Positions 13,091 to 25,200 of a stretch of 64,000 nt of DNA are shown here, piece by piece. The stretch's first letter is position 1. Every line of letters begins with the position of its first letter. The stretch covers positions 27,902,001 to 27,966,000 of the forward strand of contig NC_086118.1 of NCBI RefSeq assembly GCF_963921235.1, in the 5' to 3' direction. The notes beneath the pieces were generated by a model. That model was given only the letters and a program-made list of their open reading frames with translations. It was not told where the DNA came from and made no database searches. Made by a program: the position numbers and the translations under genes. Source of the stretch: Mobula hypostoma (taxonomy: Eukaryota).

Positions 13091-15371
13091 CTGCAATTAA
13101 TCAGTTGTCAGCAGCATTTCTAGCACGTTGATGGAATGGATGAGGTACCTGTGTATTATTCATCCTTCCAGAAGATCCTTGTAAATTTCTTGAGGCTAAA
13201 ATGGTTTATTTCCAACATCATTTTGCAACCACAATCCTGGCAGCTCCTGCTCCCAGTGCCAGTCAATCTTTTGAACCAACTTCTGGCTATACTCCTACTC
13301 CTGTACCAGGTCGAAGATATAACATCAGTAATGGGCTCAGGGAAGATAGTTTCCATCTTTCTGTTGGTCATTTGTTATTTTGAAACATGCAGTTTTTCAA
13401 ACACTATTTTATTCTGGATTATGGATGTTTCAGTTTCTATGAAATTAGCATCTGATGTTTTTATGAAGGAGCAAATTGCTACATTGTTTTCAGTTTCATG
13501 TTCAATAAATTTTCCTTAATTGATTTAGCTGGGTTGGGATATTTGTGATTTATTTTATCTTTTGTGGATTAGCCTGAATATGTGTCAAGGTAAAGAGGTA
13601 GGACATGAAATATTAGCCTTTATCCAATTTTTCACATGTAGATAGAATTACATTGGGAATTAAATGAGCCTTTAGAGGACTTGAAGTTGATGGCATGCTC
13701 ATTAGGATTTACATAAGCTTATCTTTCGGTAAAAATGATTTAAACTTTGAAGCTGTTAATACAGAAATGTAAATTTATTTTATAAATACAATCAGTTCCT
13801 TATAAATTAATGAAGGAAGTTTATGTAGAATTGACAGAAGATAAAAGTTACTGATGAAACCGAGGGAAATTACTATATATTTATAGCAAGGGGATTTTCA
13901 TTCAAATATTTGAGAAGGAACATGTGTAAAATGAAACAGGTTTGGCTGGTTCAATTACATTTGGCAGGAAATCAAATGTATCAAATATGTATTGAATCTA
14001 CACAGTATGCTTCTTTGACAAAATTATGTATAAAACCAGAACTGCATTTACTGGAAATCTAAAGCAATAAACACATGCTTCTGGAAGTCCTCAGAACATC
14101 AGGCAGCATCTGTGGAAACAGCAACCAGTCAAATATTTCAGGTGTAAATCCCTTCCTCAGGACATTAAAAATGTTAATGCTGTTTCTCAGCAAATTTATA
14201 TTCTCCTTGGCTATGATACCTAATTCATTGTATCGGTTCTTTGTTTTCTGTTTCCGTGTTTGGGTTACTTTAATTCCTTTTTGGTATTTTTCTATTGCAT
14301 GCACTATTCAAATGCCGTGTTTGCAAGTTCCATTTTGTTTAATTTCTACAGGCAAAATGATCATCTGATGTTGCAAGTAGTTGCATTGCCCTGAAGCCCA
14401 AGGATATTTCATAAACAACAATATGGACAATATGGGCAGCTACCCATATATTAAATTTGAATTTAAAAATAAAATGACAAACCAAAACAATGCAGGACTC
14501 CATTTAATTCAAGGGGTAGCCTTCTGTTCCAGGTCAGTGAGATGCTGGGCCAAATTTAACTTACACCCAGCTAGCAATTTCATCGGTTTCGTTTCCATCT
14601 TCCATGTTTAGCAAAGTAATTTATCTGAAGGGGATCACCAACCTTCAGTAAAAGAGTAAGTGCAAGTAAATATTTTGTTTTCTTTGATTTTTTACATGGG
14701 TGCTTTTAATCAGCTACTGGTAGTTCAATGAATTTAACACTATTTGGAGTAGTTTTTTTTAAATGCTTTAAAAAATGGAGACATAGAAAACTGTTCAAAA
14801 CCATTGAATCTCACAGATTTCAGAGCAAGTTTGGTTAATCCCGTGAAGCCCAACAAGGTAAGCGCAGCCACCAGAAGAGCTCAAAGTGGTGGGGTATTGT
14901 ACACAGGAGCTGTGCCATGTGCAAACATTAAATAAATGTTTACCCTTTGAGAACGTTTATGGCAGGTTTCTGTGTCCATTTGAACAGACAGGTGTTATTC
15001 CTTTGTACCATTACTCAGCTTTTCCTATTTGATTGTTGAATAGCAGGTGGGCTTATAATCATGTGCCAATAAATGGAATGAAGTTGATGCCGATAATGGA
15101 TGCCTCTGAAAGAATAGCTAAGTTATTTGGCTGATTTGTGTCTTTCATTATACCAGTTGGGTGGAGGAAGTTGGATGCAAAAAATAGTTTTGCATATGGT
15201 TGTTAAATTGGTGGATTGATGGAGCATGCAAACATACAAGAAGCTTGCAATTATAAGAGTAGGGTGCATTGGCAATATTTTCTTTGGCCTCCTTATCTCC
15301 CACTTCTTCCTCATTAGAAACTTCCAAATTCTTTGCTTTGTTCCCACTACAGATTTTGGGAATTCTGGTTG

Positions 15372-15792
15372 GTGAACATGAAAGGTTGCAGTAGAAAAGC
15401 AGCATCCATCATCAAAGATCCTCACCACCCAGGCCATGCTCTTTTCTTGCTGCTGCCATCAGGGAGAAGGTACAAGAGCCTCAGGACTCACATCACCAGG
15501 TTCAAGAACAGTTACTACGCCTCAACCATCAAGCTCTTGAACAAAAGGGGATAGTTACACTCATTTAAGGACTCTTTTAAGAGCTCTGTTACATTGTTAT
15601 TTCATGTTTGTTATTCGTTGCTATTTTTTGCATCTACATTTGCATAGTTTGTTTACAGTTTACAGTTCCTGATGTTTACAGTTTACTGTTACTGTTCTAT
15701 AGTTTTGCTAAGCATGCCCACAGAAAAAGAATCTCAGGGTTGTATGTGGTGACATGTATGTACTCTGATAATAAATGAACTTTGAACTTTGT
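15372..15792 (+). mobile_element. Rex-Babar LINE 3' end
   Basis: KAASIIKDPHHPGHALFLLLPSGRRYKSLRTHITRFKNSYY; AATAAA and (tgaactt)n tail. Confidence 0.88.
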
Positions 15793-16708
15793 GAGCACTG
15801 GAAGATAATTCCTGATCTGACCAAGTTCTGAAACTTACCATCAATATATCTGATGACAGGTGGCATTTGTTGCATTGTTCCTGAGTCTCTTGTTGCAAGC
15901 CTTTCTGAGGGAGGTTATCATAACATTTTAAATGGTTATCTCTTTAATCTAAGTAGGCTGCTGGAATACCTGCTATGAGAGACATATTGATGGAGTGCAA
16001 TATCAATGAAAACATCAAGTGATCTTGGATGTGTTTGAAATAAAAATGTGATGGTTAGTAGTGTTATTTATAAACTACATTAGTGATTGCAAGAAGTAAA
16101 AACATTGCAAGTTGCAGGTGGTGCACACGTTAACCTAAATCTGCCAGAAGTCATGGTAGGGTGTAACTATGTGTGACTAGATCAGCTACCCACACTTCTA
16201 AATGGATGGTCCAATAACTTAACAATTCAACCACAGCATTTACCATCAATGGTCTATGTTATCAGCTCATGCAGATAGGTTCCAATTCCAGATATGAAGA
16301 ATCAAATGACAGATTATTATCTAAATGGAAAATATCCTCAAAAAAGTGAAGTATGGAGACTCCTGATGTTTTTGTCATGAGCAGCATGTAGTTGATAATA
16401 TAGTAGAATTGCAGGCCAAACAAAATTGACCAGATTAATTTCTTTAATTGGAGAATTGTCCTATCAAGAGTGACTAAACAAAGTCGGTATTTGAGGAAGT
16501 CTAGAAGTGTGATGGGTGATTATAATGAAATGTATAAGATTATAAAGAAGCATGTAAGGATAAATGTTAAGATACTTTCACTAGTGGGAGAGCCATGAAC
16601 AAGGATGCATAATTTTAAGATAAGAACATGGTCATTTAAAACCAAGGTACACAAAAATACCACGTCACCTCTGGGATTCTTCCCCTCCCCAGAGAGTTGT
16701 GGGGGCTC

Positions 16709-17078
16709 ATTATTATCATCATCATTATATGCCATGTCATATGACATGGGCAATCATGGTCTCATGATCATCTACAGAAGTGGTTTGCCATTGTCTTCTT
16801 CTGGGCCGTATTTTTACAAGATGGGTGACCCCAGCCTTTGTCAATACTCTTCAGATGTCTGCCTGGCATCATTGGTTGTATAACCAGTATGCACCAGCTG
16901 CTCATACGACCATCCACCACCTGGTCCGTGGCTTCACATGACTCTGGTCGGGGAGGGGTGGAGGGCGTGGTGCTAAGCAGGTGCTACACCTTGTTAAAGC
17001 ATGACTTTCAGGCTAGTGGAGGGAAGAAGTACCTTACACCTCCTTTGGCAAAGACATATCTCCACCCTGCCACCCAAA
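16709..17078 (-). mobile_element. RTE-dependent non-autonomous element (SINE-like)
   Basis: Reverse-complement match to 17779-18131; RTE/BovB-type 3' motif CAATGGCAAACCAC; (gat)n tail. Confidence 0.7.
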
Positions 17079-17778
17079 GTATTTAAAATTGAAAATTTTA
17101 AATTTTAAATGCCGTTATAAATATTTAACATGGAGCTAAATAAAATGTTGAAAGATCAGGGATTAAGAACTCTGAGAATCTGCAGAGAAGTAACTGAGGC
17201 CTGAGTAAATCAGTCACAATTACACTGAATTGAGGGCAGACTTCAGGGGCTGAGTGATAAATTCCTGCTACTACTTTCTGGTGTCCTTGTGTTTTCGAGA
17301 GAATTAAAAATTATTTGTTCTGTGCATCAGACAATTTCTATATCCTGAAGGTGTTAGTCACGTGCTAATAATTTCCATGAGGTAACTGTCGTGAAACCCT
17401 TGCATTCACTGAAAGTCTAGACCACTGACAAGTCTGCACAAGGAGAATGTGCCTGGTGAGATGAATATTTGTCAGCTGAATGGGTTTCCTGTTCATTGCT
17501 TTTTTTTCATTCATGGGAGGAAAGGTTCATTTAAATCAAAAGCATTTTTTTATTTCCCTTGCTCCACTTTCTTCTTGGCTGAGTCCTTGATCAACTAATA
17601 AACGGTGACGTTACAGGTTGAAAACATTGAAAACAGGTTCAGGAGTAGGCCATTCAGCCTTTCGGGCTTTGCCCTCATACACTTCTTTTATACTGCCTCC
17701 AATTAATTCAGATTTCCCCACCTTCTCTCCATATCCTTTGATCCCTTCAGCGTTTATAACTCTATCTACCCCCTTCTT

Positions 17779-18131
17779 TGGATGGTGGGCTGGAGATACA
17801 TCTCTACCAAAGGAAGTATAAGGTGCTCCTTCCATCCACTCACCTGCAGGTCACCCTTGGCCAAAGTGTCACACATGCTCAGCCCCCCAATCACAAAAAT
17901 CCACGGGAGCAGGTGGTGGATGGTCATATGAGAAGATGGTGCATATCCTAGTTAAGTGACCACTGTCACCAGGCCGACAATTACTGAAGAGTATTGATAA
18001 TGGCTGGGGTCACCTGTCTTGTAAAGACGTTGCCCAGAAGAAGGCAATGGCAAACTACTTCTGCAGAAAAATTTGCCAAGAACCATCATGTTCATGGAAA
18101 TGTCATACAACATGGTACATAACGAACAAAT
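17779..18131 (+). mobile_element. RTE-dependent non-autonomous element inserted in a CR1 3' fragment
   Basis: 9-bp TSD CCCCTTCTT (17770-17778, 18132-18140); 3' GAAGGCAATGGCAAACTAC...TTGCCAAGAA motif. Confidence 0.75.
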
Positions 18132-19519
18132 CCCCTTCTTGTATCTATTTGATAATTTGGCATTGAATTCCATTGGGTCATCAGCCATTGGATGTAGACA
18201 TTTCTCCTGATATTTGTTCCAAAGTGGGTACTTCATTCTCTGAGGCTTTGACTCCTGGTCCTGCATTCACCAGCCATTGGGAACACTCTCCCAGCATTTA
18301 GTCTGTTTCATCCTGTAGGAGCCATATAAGTTACCAATTTTATTCTCCTAATGTGAAATGAACATAGGCCTGACTGACCAAATTACTCATCATGGAGATG
18401 ACACATTTAACTTCTTCGTGGTATTGTGATTAGCTGAGTCCAAACCATCAACCCGGCAGGATCCCATTACTTAGTGCCTATTTTTACTCTCCTACTCTCT
18501 GTTTTCACTCTGTCAGCAATTTCTTAAGGCATTCTGGTATATTGTCTCCAATGCATTAATTCTGTGTGACATCTTCTTGGGCAGCACCTTATTAAAATCC
18601 TTCTGAAGTTTAAAAATACACTATATTCATTGTTCCTCACATTCCTATTCCATGTCTTCAAAAAAAAACTCTAATAGATTTGTTAAGTATGACTTCACTT
18701 CCATGTATCCGTGTTGACCTTGTCCAATACTATTAATGTTTTCATGGTGTTTCATTGTATTATCACTTATTAATTATTCCAGTATTCATCCACTTCTTCT
18801 TAGCCTGTAATTCTCATTTTTGCTTTTCTCTTTTTTTCTATTAGCTGTCTTACATTTGTCACTCCCCAATCAGTAGAAACTGTTCCTAATGAGAAAAAAT
18901 TTTGAATGCTGATTAGCAACCCATTTCTAGCAATACTTCCTTTATCATGCTCCAATGTACGTTATCAGGACCAGCAGACTTTTCAAGCATTACCGTTCCT
19001 TTAACGTTTTTTATTTGTTTGCCTTTGGTTCCTTCCTTTTTCTAGATGCGAGGTTCCTTAATCTATCTGGCATGTCCTCATTTGTGAAAACAGAACTACA
19101 AATACGTGTTTAATTCCACTTCCATCTATTTGTTTGTTCTTTATTAGTGAGAAAGAGAGAGAGAGAGCCTATGACATGTCAACTGTGTTTTTTTAATAGA
19201 TTGTTGATCATGGTCTCTCTTTGTGTCGCAATGGGGGCGTTGGGAACGGACCCACATGCAAGACACAGACACTGAAGTACTAGGAACAGGACTTGACTAG
19301 AGTAGGGACGTGACAGGATACAGACAAGGAGCAGGGACAAGAACGCAGACTTGGGCTAGGACATGGACGAGACAGGGAACCCGGACAAGGAACTATGCAC
19401 TAGGAGCCTGGGCTTGGCCTCCAAGCCAGAGACTGGACAAGGACCCAGAACCTGGGCCTTACCCCGGGCTTGGGCCCCAGAACCAGGCAATGACATGACA
19501 TGACTACAGGACAGGACGT

Positions 19520-19830
19520 GGCTGGGGTCTAGAGGCTTGAGGCTGGAGGCTGCAGGCTGGGGTCTTGAGGCTTGAGGCTGGAGGCTGAAGGCTGGGGTCT
19601 TGAGGCTTGAGTCTGGAGGCTGCAGGCTGGGGACGAGGCTGGAGGCTGCAGGCGGGTGACTTGAGGCTGGAGGCTGCAGGCTGAGGTCTTGAGGCTTGAG
19701 GCTGGAGGCTGCAGCTGGAGTCTTGAGGCTTGAGGCTGGAGGCTGGAGGCTGGGGTCTTAAGTCTGGAGGCTGCATGCTGGGGTCTTAAGTCTTGGAATG
19801 CGGAGGCTGATAACTTGGAGGCTGGAGCTC
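19520..19830. repeat. 7-bp-based minisatellite (GGCTGGA/GGCTTGA/GGCTGCA/GGTCTTGA)
   Basis: Directly visible heptamer variants in higher-order arrangement. Confidence 0.9.
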
Positions 19831-20002
19831 AGAGACAGACTGGGAACTGCACATGAACATAGCGCCGGGACTTATTATTCAAAAAACCGGGACATTTTCA
19901 ACACGACACTACATAGACATAGAGCTGGGACTTATACTTAGACAAACCGGGACTCAACTTCTTCTCCACACCAAGGTGAGATAGGTCCATCCATTGAGTA
20001 AT

Positions 20003-20250
20003 GGCAGAACAGCCGGACTTACCCAACAGAGGCAAAGACAAGACAAGACAGGACCCCCTGCAGGGCAATGGCAGAATGGCCTGGCTTACCCCACGGAGGC
20101 GAGGACAGGACAAGACAGATCCCCCACAGGGCAACGGCAAAATGGCCTGACTTACCCCACGGAGGCAAGGACAGGACAAGACAGACCCCCCACAGGGCAA
20201 CAGCAGAATGGCCTGACTTTCCCCATGAAGGCGAGGATATGAAGAGACAA
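20003..20250. repeat. 66-bp tandem repeat, about 3.7 copies
   Basis: Units start at 20003, 20070, 20136 and 20202 (GGCAGAATGGCCTGACTTACCCCACGGAGGC...). Confidence 0.9.
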
Positions 20251-22260
20251 ACACTGAAGAACGACAGACAGTTCCATCTTTGCATCGGGGTTGCTCCGAG
20301 TCACAGTTAAGGCCAGCAACCTAGGCTGGCTATGGAAACAGCCAGATCCCTACCTAGCTTGGAGTGGTTGATGGCCACTCCGTTGGCCCAGGAAATGGCC
20401 AAATCCATACCGCAAAGACAGCTCCGACTACCGACAGCAAAGCTCCATGAAGCTATAGTTCTCTAACGCGGCCTAAAGATGACAAGAGGCCACTCTAGCC
20501 TTCCACCGGCAGGGAATCTTCACAAGACAAACCAGCAGCCCACACACGACCCCAAGGCCACTTATATTCCAAGCCCCAAGATGGGAATTAGGTGCCTATG
20601 ATTAACTCAACCAAAACAAGGGACAGCTGGAAGACCCGGAGTCCTGAGTCTATGGACAGGACCATGACCGGAATACGGACTTCACGAACCGGACCATGAC
20701 ACTTTGGGGGCTTTGCAGTTGCAAGCATGGTGGGTGGTGGGGGTGCCAATGCTTTCTGCTGGAGCAAGTGGATGGAGGGTTAATGTTTTTGCTGCAGCTT
20801 GTGTGTGGGAGGGGGAGGAGGCCTTTGGAGTTCTTATGTTTTTTCTGTCATTTATTCTGTGGGGTTTTTCTTCTGTTTTGTGGATGTCTGCAGAGAGTAA
20901 GAATTTCAGGTTGTAAGTTGCATGCATTGTCTTAAATTTTATGGAACTATTGAACCATTGTTCTCAAACATAGTTTTGACAATTTCTGAATGAGGGAATC
21001 TCATTTTGTTTTCTCTTCATATTTTTTATTGGAGCTTTTTCAATTGGTTTTCATATTTCACACTCTATCTTGCTCTCTTACTCAACACACACCACAACAG
21101 CTACAATGGAATGCAAAAGTTTGGGCACCCCAGGTCAAAATTTCTGTTACTGCGAGTAAAAGATGATCTGAGTTCCGAAAGGCATAAAGTTAAAGATGAC
21201 ACATTTCTTTAATATTTTAAGCAAGATTACTTTTTTATTTCCATCTTATACTTTTTCAAAATAACAAAAAAGGAATAGGGCCTAAAGCAAAAGTTTGAGC
21301 ACCCTGCATGGTCAGTACTTAGTAACACCCCCTTTGGCAAGTATCACAGCTTGTAAATGTCTTCTGTAGCAAGCTAAGAGTCTTTCAATTCTTGTTTGGG
21401 GGATTTTGCCCATTCTTCCTTGCAAAAGGCTTCTAGTTCTGTAAGATTCTTGGGCTGTCTTGCATGCATTGCTCTTTTGAGGTCTATCCACAGATTTTCG
21501 ATGATGTTTAGGTCAGGGGACTGTGTGGGCCATGGCAAAACCTTTAGCTTGCGCCTCTTGAGGCAGTCCATTGTGGATTTTGAGGTGTGTATAGGATCAT
21601 TATCCTGTTGTAGAAGCCATCCTCTTTTCATCTTTGGCTTTTTTACAGAGGGTGTGATGTTTGCTTCCAGAATTTGCTGGTATTTGATTGCATTCATTCT
21701 TCCCTCTACCAGTGAAGTGTTCCCTGTGCCACTGGCTGCAACACAAGCCCAAAGCATGATCGATCCACCCCTGTGCTTAACAGTTGGAGAGGTGTTCTTT
21801 TCATAAAATTCTGCACCCTTTTTTCTCCAAACATACCGTTGCTCATTGCGGTCAAAAAGTTCTATTTTAACTTCATCAGTCCACAAAACTTGTTTCTAAA
21901 ATGCATCAGGCTTGTTTAGATGTTCCTTTGCAAACTTCTGATGCTGAATTTTGTGGTGAGGATTCAGGAAAGTCTTCTTCTGATGACTCTTCCATGAAGG
22001 TCATATTTGTGCAGGTGTCGCTGTAGAGTAGAGCAGTGTACCACCACATCAGAGTTTACTAAATCTTCCTGAAGGTCTTTTGCAGTCAAACGGGGGGTTT
22101 TGATTTGCCTTTCTAGCAATCCTACGAGCAGTTCTCTCGGAAAGTTTTCTTGGTCTTCCAGACCTCAACTTGACCTCCACCATTCCTGTTAACTGCCATT
22201 TCTTAATTACATTATGAACTGAGGAAATGGCCACCTGAAAACACTTTGCTAACTTTTTAT

Positions 22261-25200
22261 TGTTGCAATGAGCGACAGAAGTGAACCCAAATGCAGGACA
22301 GAGGTACGAAGATTGAGTTTGGAGGCTTATACAGGTGTAAATGCCGAGCAGAAAACCGGGGGGATCTTGTCATGGAGCCTTGACATGGAGCCTTAACTCA
22401 GAGGGACAGAGTCTCATAGGTAAACTTTGAAACTGGAACAAACTTAGAACAATCAGTTCTAAGCGATCGGGAAGCATAGTTATCACACAGGAATAAGACC
22501 AACGAACTGGCGACTAGTGGTTGTGACTTCAGGGTTCTTATACCATTCTTGATGGAAACCATGTGTGCCATCATCAAAGAGAATAGGAAGCAATTGGAAA
22601 ATTAATGATCGGGATCATGGCATAATCAAAGAGAATTAGGAGCAAGATAGGGAAAAAAACGATCAGGACCATGACAGTACTGCCCCCTCCCTCAACGGGA
22701 GCCTCCAGGTGACACACCAGGCTTGTCCAGATTGTCTCGATGGAAATCCCCGATGATGGAAGGGTCCAAGATGAAGGAACAGGGTATCCAGGAATGTTCC
22801 TTCGGGCCGTATCCCTGCCAATCAACCAGGTATTAGAGGTCTCTGCCTCGGCGGTGCACACCCAGTAATTGCCAGACGGTGTACGCTAGGTGGTTGTCAA
22901 CGATCTGGGTGGGTGGAGGGGGCTCGGCAGAAGGGCATAAAGGGCTGACAGATACCGGATTCAATTGGGAAACGTGGAATGTAGGATGGATGTGAATAGA
23001 TTTGGGTAGTTTGAGTTGGACCACCGAGGGGTTGATAATACTCTCAATCTCGAATGGTCCCAGGAAACGTGGGGGGGGGGGCAGTTTCTTGGGCTCATTC
23101 TTGAGGGGGATGTCTTTAGAAGAGAGCCAAAGCTTCTGCCCAGGCCGATAATCAGGTGTAGGAATCCGATGGACATCTGCAATTCTCCGGTTGCGGTTGG
23201 CCTAATGGAACAGGGCCGCGCATGTGTCTTTCCAGATCTTGCGGCACCGGCAAAGATGGGCCTGAACAGAGGCACAGCAATGTCATCTTCATGAGCAGAG
23301 AACAGAGGGTGTTGGTAACCAAGGGAGCATTCAAAGGGAGACATTCCGGTGGCGGTACTGACCAGAGAGTTGTGGGCGTACTCTACCCAAGCGAGATGGG
23401 TGCTCCAGGATGACGGGCTGTTGGCGGTTATGCAGCACAGTGCTGCTTCCAAATACTGGTTAGCTCGCTCTGTTTGCCCGTTCGTCTGCTGATGAAAGCC
23501 GGATGATAGATTTACTGAGGCTCCAAAGGCTTGACAAAAAGATTTCCAAACTTGAGAGATGAATTGGGGGCCCCGGTCCGAAATAATGTCCGAGAGGATC
23601 CCGTGAAGGCGGAAGACATGATGGATGAGAAGGTCAGCTGTTTCATGAACTGTAGGGAGTTTGGAAAGGGCTACGAAGTGCACAGCTTTGGTGAAGCGGT
23701 CCACCACGGTGGGTACTGCAGTGTTCCCATGTGAAGAGGGTAGTCCAGTAACAAAATCCAGAGCAATGTGGGACCAAGGGCAGCTAGGAACAGGTAGAGA
23801 ATGAAACAATCCAGCAGGTGGTCAGTGGGAAGCTTTTCCACGGGCACAAACAGAACAGGCAGAGAAGGAATGGGTGTCAGCGTCCATGGAGGGCCACCAG
23901 AAACATCTCTTCAAGAGGAACAGAGTCCGATCGATCCCGGGATGGCAGGCTAAATGAGACGTGTGCCCCCACTGGAGAACTTGAGATTGAACGGAATCAA
24001 GCACAAAGAGGCGATTGGAGGGTCCGTTGCCTGTGTCTGGTTGAGTCTGTTGGGCCTCTTTGACTATGGCCTCAATCTCCCAGGTGAGGGCAGCCACTAC
24101 ACAAGATGGTGAAATAATTATCTGAGGGTTGGGAAGGTCCTCCTCAGAAATGTATTGATGGGAGAGAGAAACGGGCTTCCCGTTCTTGGACTCCAGATGA
24201 TAAGTGAGTGTAAATCTGAACTGACCAAAAAATAGTGCCCAATGGGCTTGTTGGGAACTCAGGCGTTTGGTGGTTTGGATATATGCAAGGTTCTTGTGAT
24301 CGGTCCAGAAGATAAACGGATGTTCCGCTTCCTCCAGCCAGTGCCTTCACTTCTCCAAAGCAAGTTTGACCGCCAGTAACTCGTGGTTCCCTATGTCGTA
24401 ATTTCATTCGGTGGGGGACAGCTGGCGAGGAAAGAATGCACAAGGACGAAGTTTTTGGTCAGGGCCTGAACGTTGGGAGAGTACCGCTCCCACCCCAGAG
24501 TTGGAGGCGTCGACCTCCACAATGAATTGATAAGAAGGGTCTGGTTGGACTAGGATGGGAACGGAGGTGAGACACCTCTTCAGCTCTGAGAAGGCAGCGT
24601 CCTCTTCAGGCTCCTAGTGAAAAAGGGTCTTAGGAGAGGTGAATCGATTAAGGAGTGCTGCCACCCGGCTGTAATCGCTGATGAAATGACGATAAAGGTT
24701 TGCGAACCCCAGAAATCGCTGGAATTGCTTGAGTGTCGTGGGTGTTGGCCACTCCACCACCACCCGGATTTTTTCGGGATCCGCCCTCACTTGCCTGCTC
24801 TCGATGATGTATCCTCAGAAACTGACTGAAGGAAGATGAAATTTGTACTTCTCGGCTTTTATGAATAATTTATTCTCCCAAAGCTTCTGCAGAACCTGAT
24901 GGACATGGTGGGTGTGTTCCTGAAGATTGCTGGAGAAGATAAAAATGTCATCCAAATAAACAAGCACAAAGCGGTTAATAGAATCTGTAAGGACATCGTT
25001 TATCAGGGCTTGGAAAATAGCAGGGGCATTGGTGAGGCCGAATGGCATGACCAGGTATTCGAAGTGACCAAGATGGGTGTTGACGCTGTTTTTCACTCAT
25101 CTCCCTCCCTTATCCTGACCAGATGATAGGCAGTTCGTAGGTCCAACTTTGAGAAAATGGTGGCTTTGTGAATGGTTCGAAAGCACAGTTGAGAAGGGGC

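Larger units (their letters stand above)
19224..20701 (-). mobile_element. Long solo-LTR-like element (1478 bp) with internal minisatellites
   Basis: TGTCGCA...ATGACA termini; exact 5-bp TSD CTTTG (19219-19223, 20702-20706); ends resemble the LTRs of the 22261-27733 Gypsy. Confidence 0.85.

Noticed and set aside
14824..14863. Short plus-strand AG...GTAAGC candidate exon
   Set aside because: No partner exons and no recognisable peptide.
19504..19776. Pro/Gln/Ser-rich 90-aa ORF
   Set aside because: Translation artefact of the heptamer minisatellite.
20003..20250. Regularly spaced repeats as a CRISPR array
   Set aside because: Contiguous 66-bp tandem units with no unique spacers, inside an LTR-like element in vertebrate DNA.
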